A stretch of DNA of 64,000 bases. It comes from Eledone cirrhosa (lineage: Eukaryota). The translations under genes were made by a program, and so were the position numbers. The notes under the pieces are model-generated. The model saw only the letters and a list, made by a program, of their open reading frames with translations. It did no database searches and was not told the origin of the DNA. Where the stretch lies: NCBI GenBank assembly GCA_964016885.1, contig OZ024746.1, positions 101,804,001-101,868,000 of the forward strand, read 5' to 3'. How positions within the stretch are numbered: the first letter of the stretch is position 1; the number at the start of each line of letters is the position of its first letter. Positions 29,602 to 42,723 of this stretch are shown here, piece by piece.

Positions 29602-32239
29602 TAATTATCAATTACCGGTTTCAGCATTTTATGCATTATCGAATTATGTAAGTGGGAGAGAAAAAAAAGGGGGAATTTGTATTGGTATAAAATGTAGGAA
29701 AGAAGATAAGGTGATGTTGAACACGTTATTGTAATGAGAAAGAAAGAATAATATTATTTACAAACAAGGTTTTTGAAGTGAAAAAAAGGGGTGATGTGGA
29801 ACATAAGGTAATAGGAAAGAAAGAATAATATTATTTACAGGCATAGTTCTTGAGGATAAGCAGTTCAAAAAGTGTTATTATGGCAGGAGCGCTTGGAGGA
29901 GTTGATCCATGATGGTGGCAAAAATCTGCCTGGGAATGGATGTGTTTTCCCTTTTTAGAGAATTAATATGCAGGGAGAGGTAATTCTGGGTGCTCGGGTA
30001 TGAGAAAGGGAAGGGGTAATTCATTTATATAAGAAAAAGGATTAGGTAGGGTGTACAGGAGGTAACTCTTTAGAGAAAGGGATTTTGGACTTGGTTCATT
30101 GTTCGCTCCAGTTTTAGTTTAGTCCGAAGTTTAGTCCATTAAGTAGAGGTTGGAATTTGTTAATGAAGTACGTTTCCTTATTGGTACGATGGATGAAAGA
30201 AGCGGTGTCTATGAATTTGTAAATGGGGAAAATTCTAAAGTTTGGTTGTTGGTTAGGTGCACAATTGGCGATATGTTCACTAAAAGCAATCTTTCTGTAT
30301 TCCTGTATTTTGATTTGTGATCTATGGACGGTCATACATTGTCGGGGGCTGTTTTTTGTCTGTCTTATGTAGTGCTCTCGACAACCTGAGCAGGTCAAAA
30401 CATAGATTAGGTTTCCAGATGCACATCTAAAGTTGTATTTAACTGTGGAATGTTGTCCTTGTTTAAAGTGGAATGTTGAAACTTCTATTAGATTTATGCA
30501 TCTACCACAGTTGGGCCTTCAGCATTTTTTAACTGTAGGGTTCATTGTGAGGGTTAGTTGGATTTTGGCTTGTGTGGGGATATTTTTTGTGGATTTAGGT
30601 TGTCTTTTGCTCTTTATGATGTTGTGTGTTTGGAGGATTCTATTCATTCATGGGTTTCTCTTTAGTAAAGGAATGTTCTGGAGGATGGTGTCGAATGCCT
30701 CGTTGTTGAGGGGGGTTGTGTGTGGAGATGTATGGTAGAATTTTCTGTTTCGGTTCATTCCTAGGTTTGGGGTGTCTGAGATCCTGGATGTTGAGTTTTA
30801 GAGCACGTTGGAATCCATTGTTGATTAGGGATGGTGGGTAGTTTCTGCTAAGTGTGTTCTTTAATTCTTCTAGTCGTGTGTAGCATGTGTATTTATCTGA
30901 AACTATTGTGCAGATCCTTTTGGCTAGGTTATAAGGAATTGCCATTTTGGTATGGCAAGGGTGGCACGAGTTAAATGCAAGATATTGTTTGGAGTCTGTG
31001 GGTTTGTAGTATATGTCTGTTTCTATTTTGTTGTTTGTTTTCTTGATGAGGATGTCAAGGAAAGGGGGTTGTTCATGGCTGTATTCCATTGTAAATTGAA
31101 TGTTTTTGTGTTGAGTCCATTTAGAAGGGTTTTAAACTCAATCAGTATTTCTATACTTTCATGCCAGAGAATGAAGCAGTCGTCCAGATATCTCTTCCAG
31201 TTCTTTTCTGTGTAGGTAGCAGTGGTTACCGTATTTGTCTAGAACTTTGCGGTAGAGAGTAGTTTCCAAATATCCCATGACAAGGTTGGCGTATGAGGGG
31301 GCTACTTTCGTGCCCATGGCAGTCCCGGATTTCTGTCTGTAGTATTTGGCATCGAATTCGAAGAAGTTGTTTTCCAAGATGAATTTGAGGCCCTCCATCA
31401 CAAAGTCTTTAGGGATGCGTTGTGGAAGTTCACTAGGGAAATTTTCAAGCCAGAATTGTATTGCCTCTATACCTAGGTTGTGTGGGATATTGGAATATAG
31501 ATTGATGACATCAAAGGTTACTAGTAGGGTTTGTTCATTATTGAGCTTATGTATTTTAGGAAAAGTTTAAGCAGAATATCTAGGAAGTTGCTTAGGCGGT
31601 GGGTTTCACATGTGGTACCTGCTATTATGGGTCTTAATTTGAGGTCATCAGGAGGGAGGATATTAAATTGGTGATGTAGTTGTATTCCTTGTCGGTAAGG
31701 CCTTCTTTGTAAAGGGTTGTTAGGGATTTTAGGTTTCTCATGATTTTCTGTTGTGTGTAGTGTTGGGCCTTTTTGTAATATGTTTGGTTTTCTAGAGTTG
31801 ATAGTACTAGGGTCGTGTAGTAATCTGTCCTCATAAGGACTACTGCACTCCATTTATCCGCCTCTTTGATTGTTGGGCTCTCAATTTAAGGAGTTCAATT
31901 TCGGTTTTCATGTTATCAAGTGCCATTCTTTCCCTGAGGCGTCTTTGTGTCTCGGGTTCGTTTGGGATGGATTTAATTTGTAGTTTGCGGGGAAGGATTA
32001 ATGGGGATAAGTTAATCCATTTAATGGGTTAATCCATGATAATTCTTAAATAAATTAATTAATTAATAAATAAATCAATGCTATTGTTAATTAATAAATA
32101 AATTAACAAATACCTTAACACTTCACACAAAGTTAAATATTTTGTTTTAAACATTTTCTAACACAGAAAAAGAGAAAAAATAAAGGAAAAAAATATTTTT
32201 TCTTCCTAACAATCGTTTTTTTCTCTCCCTATTTACATA
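29403..32239 (-). mobile_element. Penelope-like element (frameshifted RT + GIY-YIG) with an inverted terminal copy
   Basis: RT motifs KLRPIIAG, YYRQKSGTAMGTKVAPSYANL, RYLDD and PFLD..YYKPTD. Cys-rich linker and GIY-YIG-like NLIYVLTCSGCREHYIRQT. 29403-29580 is inverted at 32065-32239, and both ends abut TA runs. Confidence 0.9.
29608..29647 (-). ncRNA. Variant minimal hammerhead in the PLE 3' UTR
   Basis: Minus strand: AAT-TCGATAA-TGCATAAAATGCT-GAAA-CCGG-TA-ATT. The core has U3/C4/A8 and stem III is palindromic. Confidence 0.45.
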
Positions 32240-32251
32240 TATATATATATA

Positions 32252-32449
32252 TAGGAACGAGTAGGACCCCGACGGCTGAGCTCAAGCCGTTTCAATGGAT
32301 AATTCTGGATTGAGTCCAGAATTAGCCGTCGAAACGGCTTGAGCTCAGCCGTCGAGGTCCTACTCGTTCCTATTACCCATTCTACTACCCTAAGTATTGA
32401 GTACTTTGGTGCGTTATGGTCCATCTGGTTCCTTACCACATTTCCTTCG

Positions 32450-32451
<2 letters not shown>
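32252..32451 (+). mobile_element. Short fold-back copy of hammerhead family A terminus between two (TA)n tracts
   Basis: The hairpin at about 32252-32372 turns inside hammerhead stem II. The 3' end ..GGTTCCTTACCACATTTCCTTCGT(TA)n is shared with 42813 and 51611. Confidence 0.75.
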
Positions 32452-32505
<54 letters not shown>

Positions 32506-32780
32506 ATACTTGGGGAGGGTCATGTTGTTGTAATAGTATTGCCAGAAATAATAACAGAACACACTCACTGTTTGGTTGGTTTTCGCTTTTGTATCTTTTA
32601 TATCTCCACAGTTAATTCATTTGGTCCTCAATGTTTATCATTGACTGACCAACGGTCAAAAATACACATATATATACATATCAAAGGTATATATTGAGTT
32701 AGAAGCTCAAAATAGTTTCTTACCATGTGCGTTATTCAGTTTTTTAATATACTTAGAAGTAACCAGGATACTAATTCTTC

Positions 32781-32848
32781 ACCCACTGATGAGCAAGAAT
32801 CGGTATTCCTCTTCACAATTAATTTTGCGAAACAGCATAGTCTGGTTT
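32781..32848 (+). ncRNA. Type I hammerhead in a nested insert
   Basis: CCA-CTGATGA-GCAAGAAT...ATTTTGC-GAAAC-AGCATA-GTC-TGG. Confidence 0.7.
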
Positions 32849-33027
32849 GTATTTATTTTCTTGATTTATTCTTAAATTGAGTCTGGCAAACCCTATTGTC
32901 TATAGTTAGTATTCTTTTCACCTTAGCGAATCTGGTCCCTTACGATTTGAACTCATATATGTATATATCTGTGTTTATCTTTCTTTTATATTCAATTATA
33001 ATGATATAAATATATATATATAGTCTA

Positions 33028-33067
33028 ACAAAGTTCTTTCGTTGCACATCTGGAACATCATCAGTGG
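33028..33067 (-). ncRNA. Minimal hammerhead, PLE family B
   Basis: Minus strand: CCA-CTGATGA-TGTTCCAGATGTGCAAC-GAAA-GAAC-TT-TG. Confidence 0.6.
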
Positions 33068-34129
33068 TACTATTATCACGTTTCCACTGCTGTATTGTAG
33101 TGTCTACGCCATTTTTATTTTATCTATTTATTTATTTTTGTCCTCGTCTCTGCGCATGCGTTTGCGTGTGTGTATAGTGTTTGGTGTGTGTGTTCGCGTT
33201 TGGGTGACTGTGCTTTGGTTATTGTATTCTATCTTAGTTTATTAGTGTGTATTTATATGTGTTTGTTGTTATTGTACTTGTGTATATATTTATTTATTTA
33301 TTTATTTATATTTCTCTTAGGTCAGTGTTGTTTGTTTGGGTGTTGTTGTTATTCCATTCATATTTTTCTGTTTAGCTTTGGCTTTCTAAGCTCTATTTCG
33401 CTTGCTTCTCTGATTTGCCTATCTGCTGGGTCATTTCTATGTTTAGATATTATTTTAATTTCCATGTTGTCTATGTTACCGTCATGATGTTGTCTGGCGA
33501 GTTCGTATAGTACTGAACCGGTTTTTTTTTTTTGTCCTTTTAATTCCCCCCAATGTTGGTCTATTCTTTCTCCTATTCTTCGGGCTGTCTCGCCTATGTA
33601 TGTTGTTGTCATGTTTCTGCAAGTACCCTCTGTACATCTTATGCTATAGATTACATTTCTAGTTTTACAGTTTATCTGGGGATTTACTTTACATATAACA
33701 CATTTCCTATTAGTACAGTGGGTTTTCTTAAAAGAGTATGTTTTGCTGATCAGGGATTTTATGGTAGTTCCTGTCTTTTCTACCACTTTAATCTCTAAGT
33801 GGGTCTTTCTTAGGGCCTTTCTACATTGGTTAGCTAATTTCCCTCCATAATGGGCAAATTCCTTTCATGTCCAGTTCTATGAGGGTCTTATACTTCTCCG
33901 TGGCTCCTTTGTATACTCTGATTCTGTCTCTTTGGTTGTAACCGGAGAACTGCATGCGGTTGACTGTACCACAGAATATGAACCTGAAGATTGCGAAAGC
34001 ATGAAAGTACTTGTTCAATTAACACTTAACATTTAATATTCTACCATACTATTTCATTCTAATACCATTATACATTTTAAAGGATTGTAAATAAAACGAG
34101 TAAATCAGACAAAGTTGGAATTCCTTTTA

Positions 34130-34178
<49 letters not shown>

Positions 34179-34569
34179 GTTTGAATTTACCAAACAATAT
34201 TCACATTAAGTAGAATATGCTCTCGTTTTTGTGTTTCACACCGAAGAACGGAAATGGCGACTCAGATGTCTATGTGTGTGTGGTCATCGCTCGTCTAGCT
34301 GACCTGAATATGTTGAGTACTTTTAAAACTCGTGTATATTTCCGTCTAATTTAAATTAAATCAAATTAAATTACCGAGGCTTTACCCGATGAGGCCTACA
34401 TTGAATAGTTTTAAAGTTAGTGGTGATATCACATGTTTCTAGAAATATGGCTTCATATATATTTTTGATAATTGCTATTTTTAGTCTAATGTTGTATATA
34501 TTATATCATATTATGAATATTGCGGCATCTTTATTGTATTTTCAAACGTCTTTCAATAAATTCATGTAA

Positions 34570-37500
34570 ATTAGTATAGTGTTAACCTAATTGGTATAGA
34601 ATAGGTTAGTGTTAACCTAATTGGTATAGAATAGGTTAGTGTTAACCTAATTAGTATAGAATAGGTTAGTGTTAACCTAATTGGTATAGAATAGGTTAGT
34701 GTTAACCTAATTAGTATAGAATAGGTTAGTGTTAACCTAATTAGTATAGAATAGGTTAGTGTTAACCTAATTGGTATAGAATAGGTTAGTGTTAACCTAA
34801 TTAGTATAGAATAGGTTAGTGTTAACCTAATTGGTATAGAATAGGTTAGTGTTAACCTAATTGGTATAGAATAGGTTAGTGTTAACCTAATTGGTATAGA
34901 ATAGGTTAGTGTTAACCTAATTGGTATAGAATAGGTTAGTGTTAACCTAATTAGTATAGAATCAGTTGGTGTTAACCTAATTATTATATAATTAGTTGGT
35001 GTTAACCTAATTAGTATAGAATAGCTTAGTGTTAGCCTAATTGGTATAGAATAGGTTAGTGTTAACCTAATTAGTATAGAATAGGTTAGTGTTAACCTAA
35101 TTAGTATAGAATAGGTAGTGTTAACCTAATTAGTATAGAATAGGTTAGTGTTAACCTAATTAGTATAGAATAGGTTAGTGTTAACCTAATTAGTATAGAA
35201 TAGGTTAGTGTTAACCTAATTGGCATAGAATAGGTAGTGTTAACCTAATTAGTATAGAATAGGTTAGTGTTAACCTAATTGGTATAGAATAGGTAATGTT
35301 AACCTAATTAGTATAGAATAGGTAGTGTTAACCTAATTAGTATAGAATAGGTTAGTGTTAACCTAATTAGTATAGAATAGGTTAGTGTTAACCTAATTGG
35401 TATAGAATAGGTAGTGTTAACCTAATTAGTATAGAATAGGTTAGTGTTAACCTAATTAGTATAGAATAGGTTAGTGTTAACCTAATTGGTATAGAATAAG
35501 TTAGTGTTAAACTAATTAGTATAGAATAGGTTAGTGTTAACCTAATTAGTATAGAATAGGTTAGTGTTAACCTAATTAGTATAGAATTAGTTGGTGTTAA
35601 CCTAATTAGTATAGAATAGGTTAGTGTTAACCTAATTAGTATAGAATAGGTTAGTGTTAACCTAATTAGTAAAGAATAGGTTAGTGTTAACCTAATTAGT
35701 ATAGAATTAGTTGCTGTTAACCTAATTAGTATAGAATAGGTTAGTGTTAACCTAATTAGTATATAATTAGTTGCTATTAACCTAATTAGTATAGAATTAG
35801 TTGGTGTTAACCTAATTAGTATAGAATAGGTTAGAGTTAACCTAATTAGTATAAAATAGGTTAGTGTTAACCTAATTAGTATAGAATTAGTTGATGTTAA
35901 CCTAATTAGTATAGAATTAGTTGTTGTTAACCTAATTAGTATAGAATAGATTAGTGTTAACCTAATTAGTATAGAATAGGTTAGTGTTAATTAGTATAGA
36001 ATTAGTTGCTGTTAACCTATTTAGTATAGAATAGATTCGTGTTAACCTAATTAGTATAGAATAGGTTAGTGTTAACCTAATTGGTATAGAATAGGTTAGT
36101 GTTAACCTAATTAGTATAGAATAGGTAGTGTTAACCTATTTAGTATAGAATAGGTTAGTGTTAACCTAATTGGTATAGAATAGGTTAGTGTTAACCTATT
36201 TAGTATAGAATAGATTAGTGTTAACCTAATTGGTATAGAATAGGTTAGTGTTAACCTAATTAGTATAGAATAGGTTAGTGTTAACCTAATTGGTATAGAA
36301 TAGGTTAGTGTTAACCTAATTGGTATAGAATAGGTTAGTGTTAACCTAATTAGTATAGAATCAGTTGGTGTTAACCTAATTAGTATATAATTAGTTGGTG
36401 TTAACCTAATTAGTATAGAATAGCTTAGTGTTAGCCTAATTGGTATAGAATAGGTTAGTGTTAACCTAATTAGTATAGAATAGGTTAGTGTTAACCTAAT
36501 TAGTATAGAATAGGTAGTGTTAACCTAATTAGTATAGAATAGGTTAGTGTTAACCTAATTAGTATAGAATAGGTTAGTGTTAACCTAATTAGTGTAGAAT
36601 AGGTTAGTGTTAACCTAATTGGTATAGAATAGGTAGTGTTAACCTAATTAGTATAGAATAGGTTAGTGTTAACCTAATTGGTATAGAATAGGTAGTGTTA
36701 ACCTAATTAGTATAGAATAGGTAGTGTTAACCTAATTAGTATAGAATAGGTTAGTGTTAACCTAATTAGTATAGAATAGGTTAGTGTTAACCTAATTGGT
36801 ATAGAATAGGTAGTGTTAACCTAATTAGTATAGAATTAGTTGCTGTTAACCTAATTAGTATAGAATAGGTTAGTGTTAACCTACAAAGTGTTAGAATCAG
36901 TTGCTGTTAACCTAATTAGTATAGAATTAGTTGGTGTTAACCTAATTAGTATAGAATAGGTTAGTGTTAACCTAATTAGTATAGAATAGGTTAGTGTTAA
37001 CCTAATTAGTAAAGAATAGGTTAGTGTTAACCTAATTAGTATAGAATTAGTTGCTGTTAACCTAATTAGTATAGAATAGGTTAGTGTTAACCTAATTAGT
37101 ATATAATTAGTTGCTATTAACCTAATTAGTATAGAATTAGTTGGTGTTAACCTAATTAGTATAGAATAGGTTAGAGTTAACCTAATTAGTATAAAATAGG
37201 TTAGTGTTAACCTAATTAGTATAGAATTAGTTGATGTTAACCTAATTAGTATAGAATTAGTTGTTGTTAACCTAATTAGTATAGAATAGATTAGTGTTAA
37301 CCTAATTAGTATAGAATAGGTTAGTGTTAACCTAATTGGTATAGAATAGGTTAGTGTTAACCTAATTGGTATAGAATAGGTTAGTGTTAACCTATTTAGT
37401 ATAGAATAGGTTAGTGTTAACCTAATTGGTATAGAATAGGTTAGTGTTAACCTATTTAGTATAGAATAGATTAGTGTTAACCTAATTAGTATAGAATTAG

Positions 37501-38017
37501 TTGATGTTAACCTAATTAGTATAGAATAGGTTAGAGTTAACCTAATTAGTATAGAATAGGTTAGTGTTAATTAGTATAGAATTAGTTGCTGTTAACCTAT
37601 TTAGTATAGAATAGATTAGTGTTAACCTAATTAGTATAGAATTAGTTGGTGTTAACCTAATTAGTATAGAATAGGTTAGTGTTAACCTAATTAGTATAGA
37701 ATAGGTTAGTGTTAACCTAATTAGTATAGAATAGGTTAGTGTTAACCTACAAAGTGTTAGAATCAGTTGCTGTTAACCTAATTAGTAGAGAATTAGTTGG
37801 TGTTAACCTAATTAGTATATAATAGGTAAGAGTTAACCTAATTAGTATAGAATAGGTAGTGTTAACCTAATTAGTATAGAATTAGTTGCTGTTAACCTAA
37901 TTAGTATAGAATCAGTTGGTGTTAACCTAATTAGTATAGAAACAGTTGCTGTTAACCTAATTAGTATAGAATTAGTTGGTGTTAACCTAATTAGTATAGA
38001 ATAGGTTAGTGTTAACA
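34570..38017. repeat. 30-bp satellite array (GTTAACCTAATTAGTATAGAATAGGTTAGT)
   Basis: About 115 tandem copies; two units per 60-base line. Confidence 0.97.
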
Positions 38018-38140
38018 CACACAGACACCTAGGGATTATTAAAAACCAAAATATATGATAGTGCTAATAGTTAGAATCACTGGCTTACTGTATGCATGCA
38101 TACATACATGGACACACACACAAATATATATATATATATA

Positions 38141-38259
<119 letters not shown>

Positions 38260-38536
38260 TTACATATATATATATACTTACATATATATATATACATATA
38301 TATGTACGTATGGATTTACCGAACATTTATTATAATGCTCGATTTGTTTGTATGTATGTATGTACAAACAAACCGAGCATTATAATAAATGTTCGGTAAA
38401 TCCATACGTACATATATATATGTGTGCATGTATGTATATATATACATACTGCTGTACGTCTGTATACATATAAGTATGTACGTATACATACTTATATTTA
38501 AGTAACAACCGTACTAAGTGTGAGAAATTAAATTTC

Positions 38537-40879
38537 TTTAGCAGCATAGTGTATAAATATTATTGAGACACAAGTAACATAATAATGATGTCAACAGCAG
38601 AAATTAGAGATGAAATGTATGTTTATTTTTGTTGTAGCACAAATAATTGTTTCTACTTTTTGGTACAAGGCCAGCAATTACCCAGTACATTACTGATACT
38701 TTATTTTATCGACCCCGTAAGGATAAAAGGCAAAGTTAACCTCGGCACAAACCTGTTGCACAAATAATGTTTGTTAACTTGTATGGTTGAAGTTACACAT
38801 AAAATGAGGTTACAAAAGGGAATGTGCCATTGTGCCGGAAAGCCGGCAGGCCAAAGTGCAAAATCTCACCGTCACATGTACGTGTTGCTGGTTCGAAGTT
38901 CCGGGTGCGAGAGAGAGATTCTTCAAATCTTCGCGGGGAATCTCTCCCTCAGGGCGCGTAGGGGATATATCCTCTTCTACTGGCGTTGATTGGCTGAGCT
39001 GAGCCAAATCACGCCAGAGAGTGTATGTGAGCCCGCGGAATGTAGGTCACTACAATACTCCCCCTCTAGACGGAAGACGTCACAGATTATTGAATCAGCA
39101 AGAAAAATGCTGAAAGAGCACATTAGTGAAAAAATAATTGAGCAGAAGGATGCATGCAAGAAAAAAATGAGGCGCTAAGGGCCGTGTTGAGCCGCTGTGT
39201 CAAATGACTAGCTGTTTTGTAGTTTATACGTGACCACCAAAGGTCTAACAGAAAACGGATAAAGTCTGACATGGGCGAAGTTGCTGTTCTTGCATTAAAT
39301 GTTAATGGTAAGTGTTGTACCAGTAGCTGTGGATGAAGCTATTATGGTAGTTTACCAGTGTTGGCAAGAAGATGATGGGTAGGCGAGAAAATGTCGGCCT
39401 CCCAGATGTATTGCCGAAAGTGCTAGGGAGCCAGGAAAAAAAGGCTGGTTTCTTTGAAAAGAAAAAAGCAAGTTGAATCTGTAGGTGGATAGTAGTTGCA
39501 GTGTAAATTCCATAATTCCGGCGAATCCACAGAAGTGGTGGAAATGCTGACAAGTCCAGTTCTATTTGTTGTTTTCCCAGTGAGTCGGGTAAGGTAACAA
39601 GATGGAGGTTGTTATGGACGATCAGTGTGCAATGAGATGCGAAACTGTTTGAGTTCAGCTACAATTAGCATTCTCGTGTTGCGGTGCCTGTTTGAATCCA
39701 GGTGAATTAAGCTCTATGAGTCGCTAGCATGTGACGGCACCTCAACCAGGTGAAAAGGGATCTCGCAGAATATTACGTTTGAAGAACATATACTAAGAAC
39801 AACATGTTGGTGGGTGACAAAGAAATGTGTGCATATGCAGGCATGTAATACAGCAAATAAATGTGTGGGTGCAGTCATATATACAATGATAAAGAAAATG
39901 ATGCAATCATATATACAATGATAGAAAAAAATGAATTTCCATATAATACAGTTTTTAAAAAATAAATGTCCAAAATAAATGCCTGAAAAAAAAAGGAAGA
40001 AAGAAAGAATTGTTTCTTTTCTTTTCACAAAAAGTTCGCTTTTCTTTTCTTTTAAATTTCTTTGGGATCGCTCTTACTAGGGAGCTAGTAGAGTTGTTGT
40101 TGTTGTTAAAGCAAAGTCACAATGAATCTTCTGTAGAGTCGAAGTCGAGCGTTGAAGAACCTAGAGTCACCAATATGGCAGCCACGTCTGACGCCATAGT
40201 GGTGAGAAGACTGATGTCTTAATTTCTCGAATCCTTGTGGCAACGAGACAGAAGGTATGGTGGTTGCGTCGGTAAAGTTACAAGCTGCCACATCGCCATT
40301 CCTTGGTGTTGGTTAGTAGTTAGCCATGTGTTGCTGTTGATGGCTGTAACTTGGTGGTAGCCGTTTTGAAATTTCCTCGTGGCGTAAATTTTTTTTTTTT
40401 ATATACATACACTGCCAATTTTAATTTTATTTTAAAAGGAATATTTTGAACTGAAAATATTCATCACGTCGGGGTCACCACTTTTAGCAGCATAGTATAT
40501 AAATGTTATTGAGACACGAGTAACATAATAATGATGTCAACAGCAGAAATTAGAGATGAAATGTATATTTATTTTTGTTGTAGCACAAATAATGTTTGTT
40601 AACTTGTATGGTTGAAGTTACACATAAAATGAGGTTACAAAAGGGAATGTGCCATTGTGCCGGAAAGCCGGCAGGCCAAAGTGCAAAATCTCACCGTCAC
40701 ATGTACGTGTTGCTGGTTCGAAATTCCGGGTGCGAGAGAGAGATTCTTCAAATCTTCGCGGTGAATCTCTCCCTCAGGGCGCGTAGGGATACATCCTCTT
40801 CTACTGGCGTTGATTGGCTGAGCTGAGCCAAATCACGCACAGAGAATGTATGTGAGCCCGCGGAATGTAGGTCACTACA
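38537..40879 (-). mobile_element. Non-autonomous LTR retrotransposon (probably Gypsy-derived)
   Basis: LTRs of about 397 bp at 40483-40879 and 38537-39054, starting TGTAG on -. PBS TGGTGACCCCGACGTGAT (40463-40480) is complementary to the tRNA-Trp 3' end. PPT AGAGGGGGAG at about 39058-39067. 4-bp TSD TTTC. No gag/pol motifs recognised. Confidence 0.88.
38648..38757 (-). mobile_element. 5'-truncated SINE inserted in the 3' LTR
   Basis: 11-bp TSD GCACAAATAAT (38637-38647, 38758-38768); absent from the other LTR. Confidence 0.9.
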
Positions 40880-41023
40880 TTTCGTTTCATATTTTCCATT
40901 TATCATTTTCGGTGCACCCGGCCGATTAACTCACTCGATATGCAAATTAGGCTGCTCAGCCGTTAATATGCATAAGGAAAGTATATACTTTCAGACGTTC
41001 AATCATCTGACAGGAAGGTATAC

Positions 41024-41062
41024 GGTGCTGACGATAGCTAATAAGCTTGAAACTACTACATC
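41024..41062 (+). ncRNA. Minimal type I hammerhead
   Basis: GGTG-CTGACGA-TAGCTAATAAGCTT-GAAA-CTAC-TA-CATC. Confidence 0.6.
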
Positions 41063-41277
41063 GTTCCTTTGTCAGTGTTGAACAAAAGGGCAACGATGGT
41101 TGCTAAACACTGTACGGCTTAATTCGGGATGTTTGTTTGTTTACAAACAAACCGAGCATTATAATAAATGTTCGGTAAATCCATACGTACATATATATAT
41201 ATATATATATGTGCATGTATGTATATATATACATACTACTGTACATCTGTATACATATATGTATGTACGTATACATA

Positions 41278-41354
<77 letters not shown>

Positions 41355-41938
41355 TTACATATATATATATATATTTACATATATATATATACTTACATAT
41401 ATATATATATATTTACATATATATATATATATATACTTACATATATATACACAGGAGCTACTGGCCAAATAATTTTTATATCAATGGGTTAAAGACATGT
41501 AAAATCAATTAGTGGCAGTTCTTCAGTCTAAAGTCCCTAGAGAGAATGAGTCACCAAGTAATGTTTGTACAAGTTGAAAACAAGTATGTATACATATATA
41601 TAAATCTATATATACACATGTACATATACACACATACACCCACCCCAGCCCGATTTATATTGAGTGAGTGTGAAAGACCAAAGATCATTATTGAAAGTCT
41701 CTGGATGTGTATATTTTTTATTGGAGAAGGTAAGATTGGTCACTTGCATACTCTACTCTAAATAACAGTATGCTATACATTCACAGTTATTTAAAAATTC
41801 AATCATAACATTGTATTAACATTTAGTATTACTGTATACTGCCAGTAATATGTACAGTATATATTACACTATAGTTAGTAAAAAAAAATACGCATTTTTT
41901 CTGCAAATATATATATATATAAATATATAAAAGGTTTA

Positions 41939-42035
41939 ACCCTGACGGCAGAGCTCAAGCCGTTTCGACGGCTATTTCTGGACTAAATTATAATTTTTAG
42001 CCTGGTAAATAAATAGCCGAACTTTTCAAGGGGTA
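41939..42035 (-). ncRNA. Hammerhead, U3-A8 variant (family A)
   Basis: Minus strand: ACCCC-TTGAAAA-GTTCGGCTATTT...AAATAGCCGTC-GAAA-CGGC..GCCG-TC-AGGGT. Confidence 0.6.
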
Positions 42036-42625
42036 ATTCCTTATATGGGAAGATTGTAGTTGTCAAAAGGATTGGTCAAAATTTCTTGTAAACACAATTA
42101 AGTCCTTCTTCGGGGGGGGGGGGCTGAACTTGCCTGTAGAACAATGAGAGACTGGGTGGAGCCGGTCAAGCTTTGTAAGTTAATTCTATACAGCAAATTC
42201 TAAGGAGTGTGTATGGAATTAGGCTAGCTAGAAAGCAGGCGAAAAAGAATTCTGGGGGAATTTGAGAGTGGGACATTATAAAGTTAAAAGGTTAAAAAAT
42301 TGATATTAAAAGATAATAAATACAAAATAATTAAAAAATTAAATAGTAACAAATAATAAAAAATAAAAAATCTCTATAGCAGCTCTATATTTAGCTGGTA
42401 TTGCGTTTTCGGCCAGAGCTATATAGAATTTACTTGGGTGGGAGTACTGAAGCTACAAAAGCCCGATGGGCTGCCTCAGGGTAGGCGAAAGAGGAAAAGA
42501 AAGGGGAGAGGGAGTGGAAGGAAGTACATCTACCTATGTTAGTTGGGGTTTCTCCTATCTTTTTCGGCAAGTGAGGAAAAGAAGGATGTTGCAGCCATTT
42601 TCTACCCACCCGGGTCATGAGGAAT

Positions 42626-42723
42626 TACCCCTTGAAAAGTTCAGCTATTTATTTACCAGGCTAAAAATTATAATTTAGTCCAGATATAGCCTTCGAAACG
42701 GCTTGAGCTCTGCCGTCGGGGTA
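42626..42723 (+). ncRNA. Hammerhead, U3-A8 variant (family A)
   Basis: TACCCC-TTGAAAA-...-GAAA-CGGC-TTGAGCTCT-GCCG-TC-GGGGTA. Confidence 0.6.

Larger units (their letters stand above)
32502..33963 (-). mobile_element. Penelope-like element 3' part (GIY-YIG + 3' UTR), family B, interrupted at about 32700-33000
   Basis: ORF 33358-33786 contains CTNRKCVIC..NVIYSIRC..YIGETAR and is nearly identical to 54669-55457. Confidence 0.88.
38295..41285 (+). mobile_element. Hammerhead-carrying TA-embedded element (about 432-bp unit plus 5' inversion) split by an LTR element
   Basis: Hairpin at 38295-38420. ACAAACAAACCGAGCATT occurs at 38364 and 41143, a spacing of 432 bp once the LTR insert is removed. 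Hammerhead at 41024. Confidence 0.6.

Noticed and set aside
34380-34465. Possible hammerhead (CCGATGA..GAAATATG..CATATA)
   Set aside because: No convincing stem I or stem II pairing.
34570-38017. CRISPR-like 30-bp repeats
   Set aside because: Units are contiguous with no unique spacers, there are no cas genes, and the context is eukaryotic.
40463-40480. tRNA-Trp gene
   Set aside because: Only the 3' 18 nt including CCA are present, next to an LTR; this is a primer-binding site.
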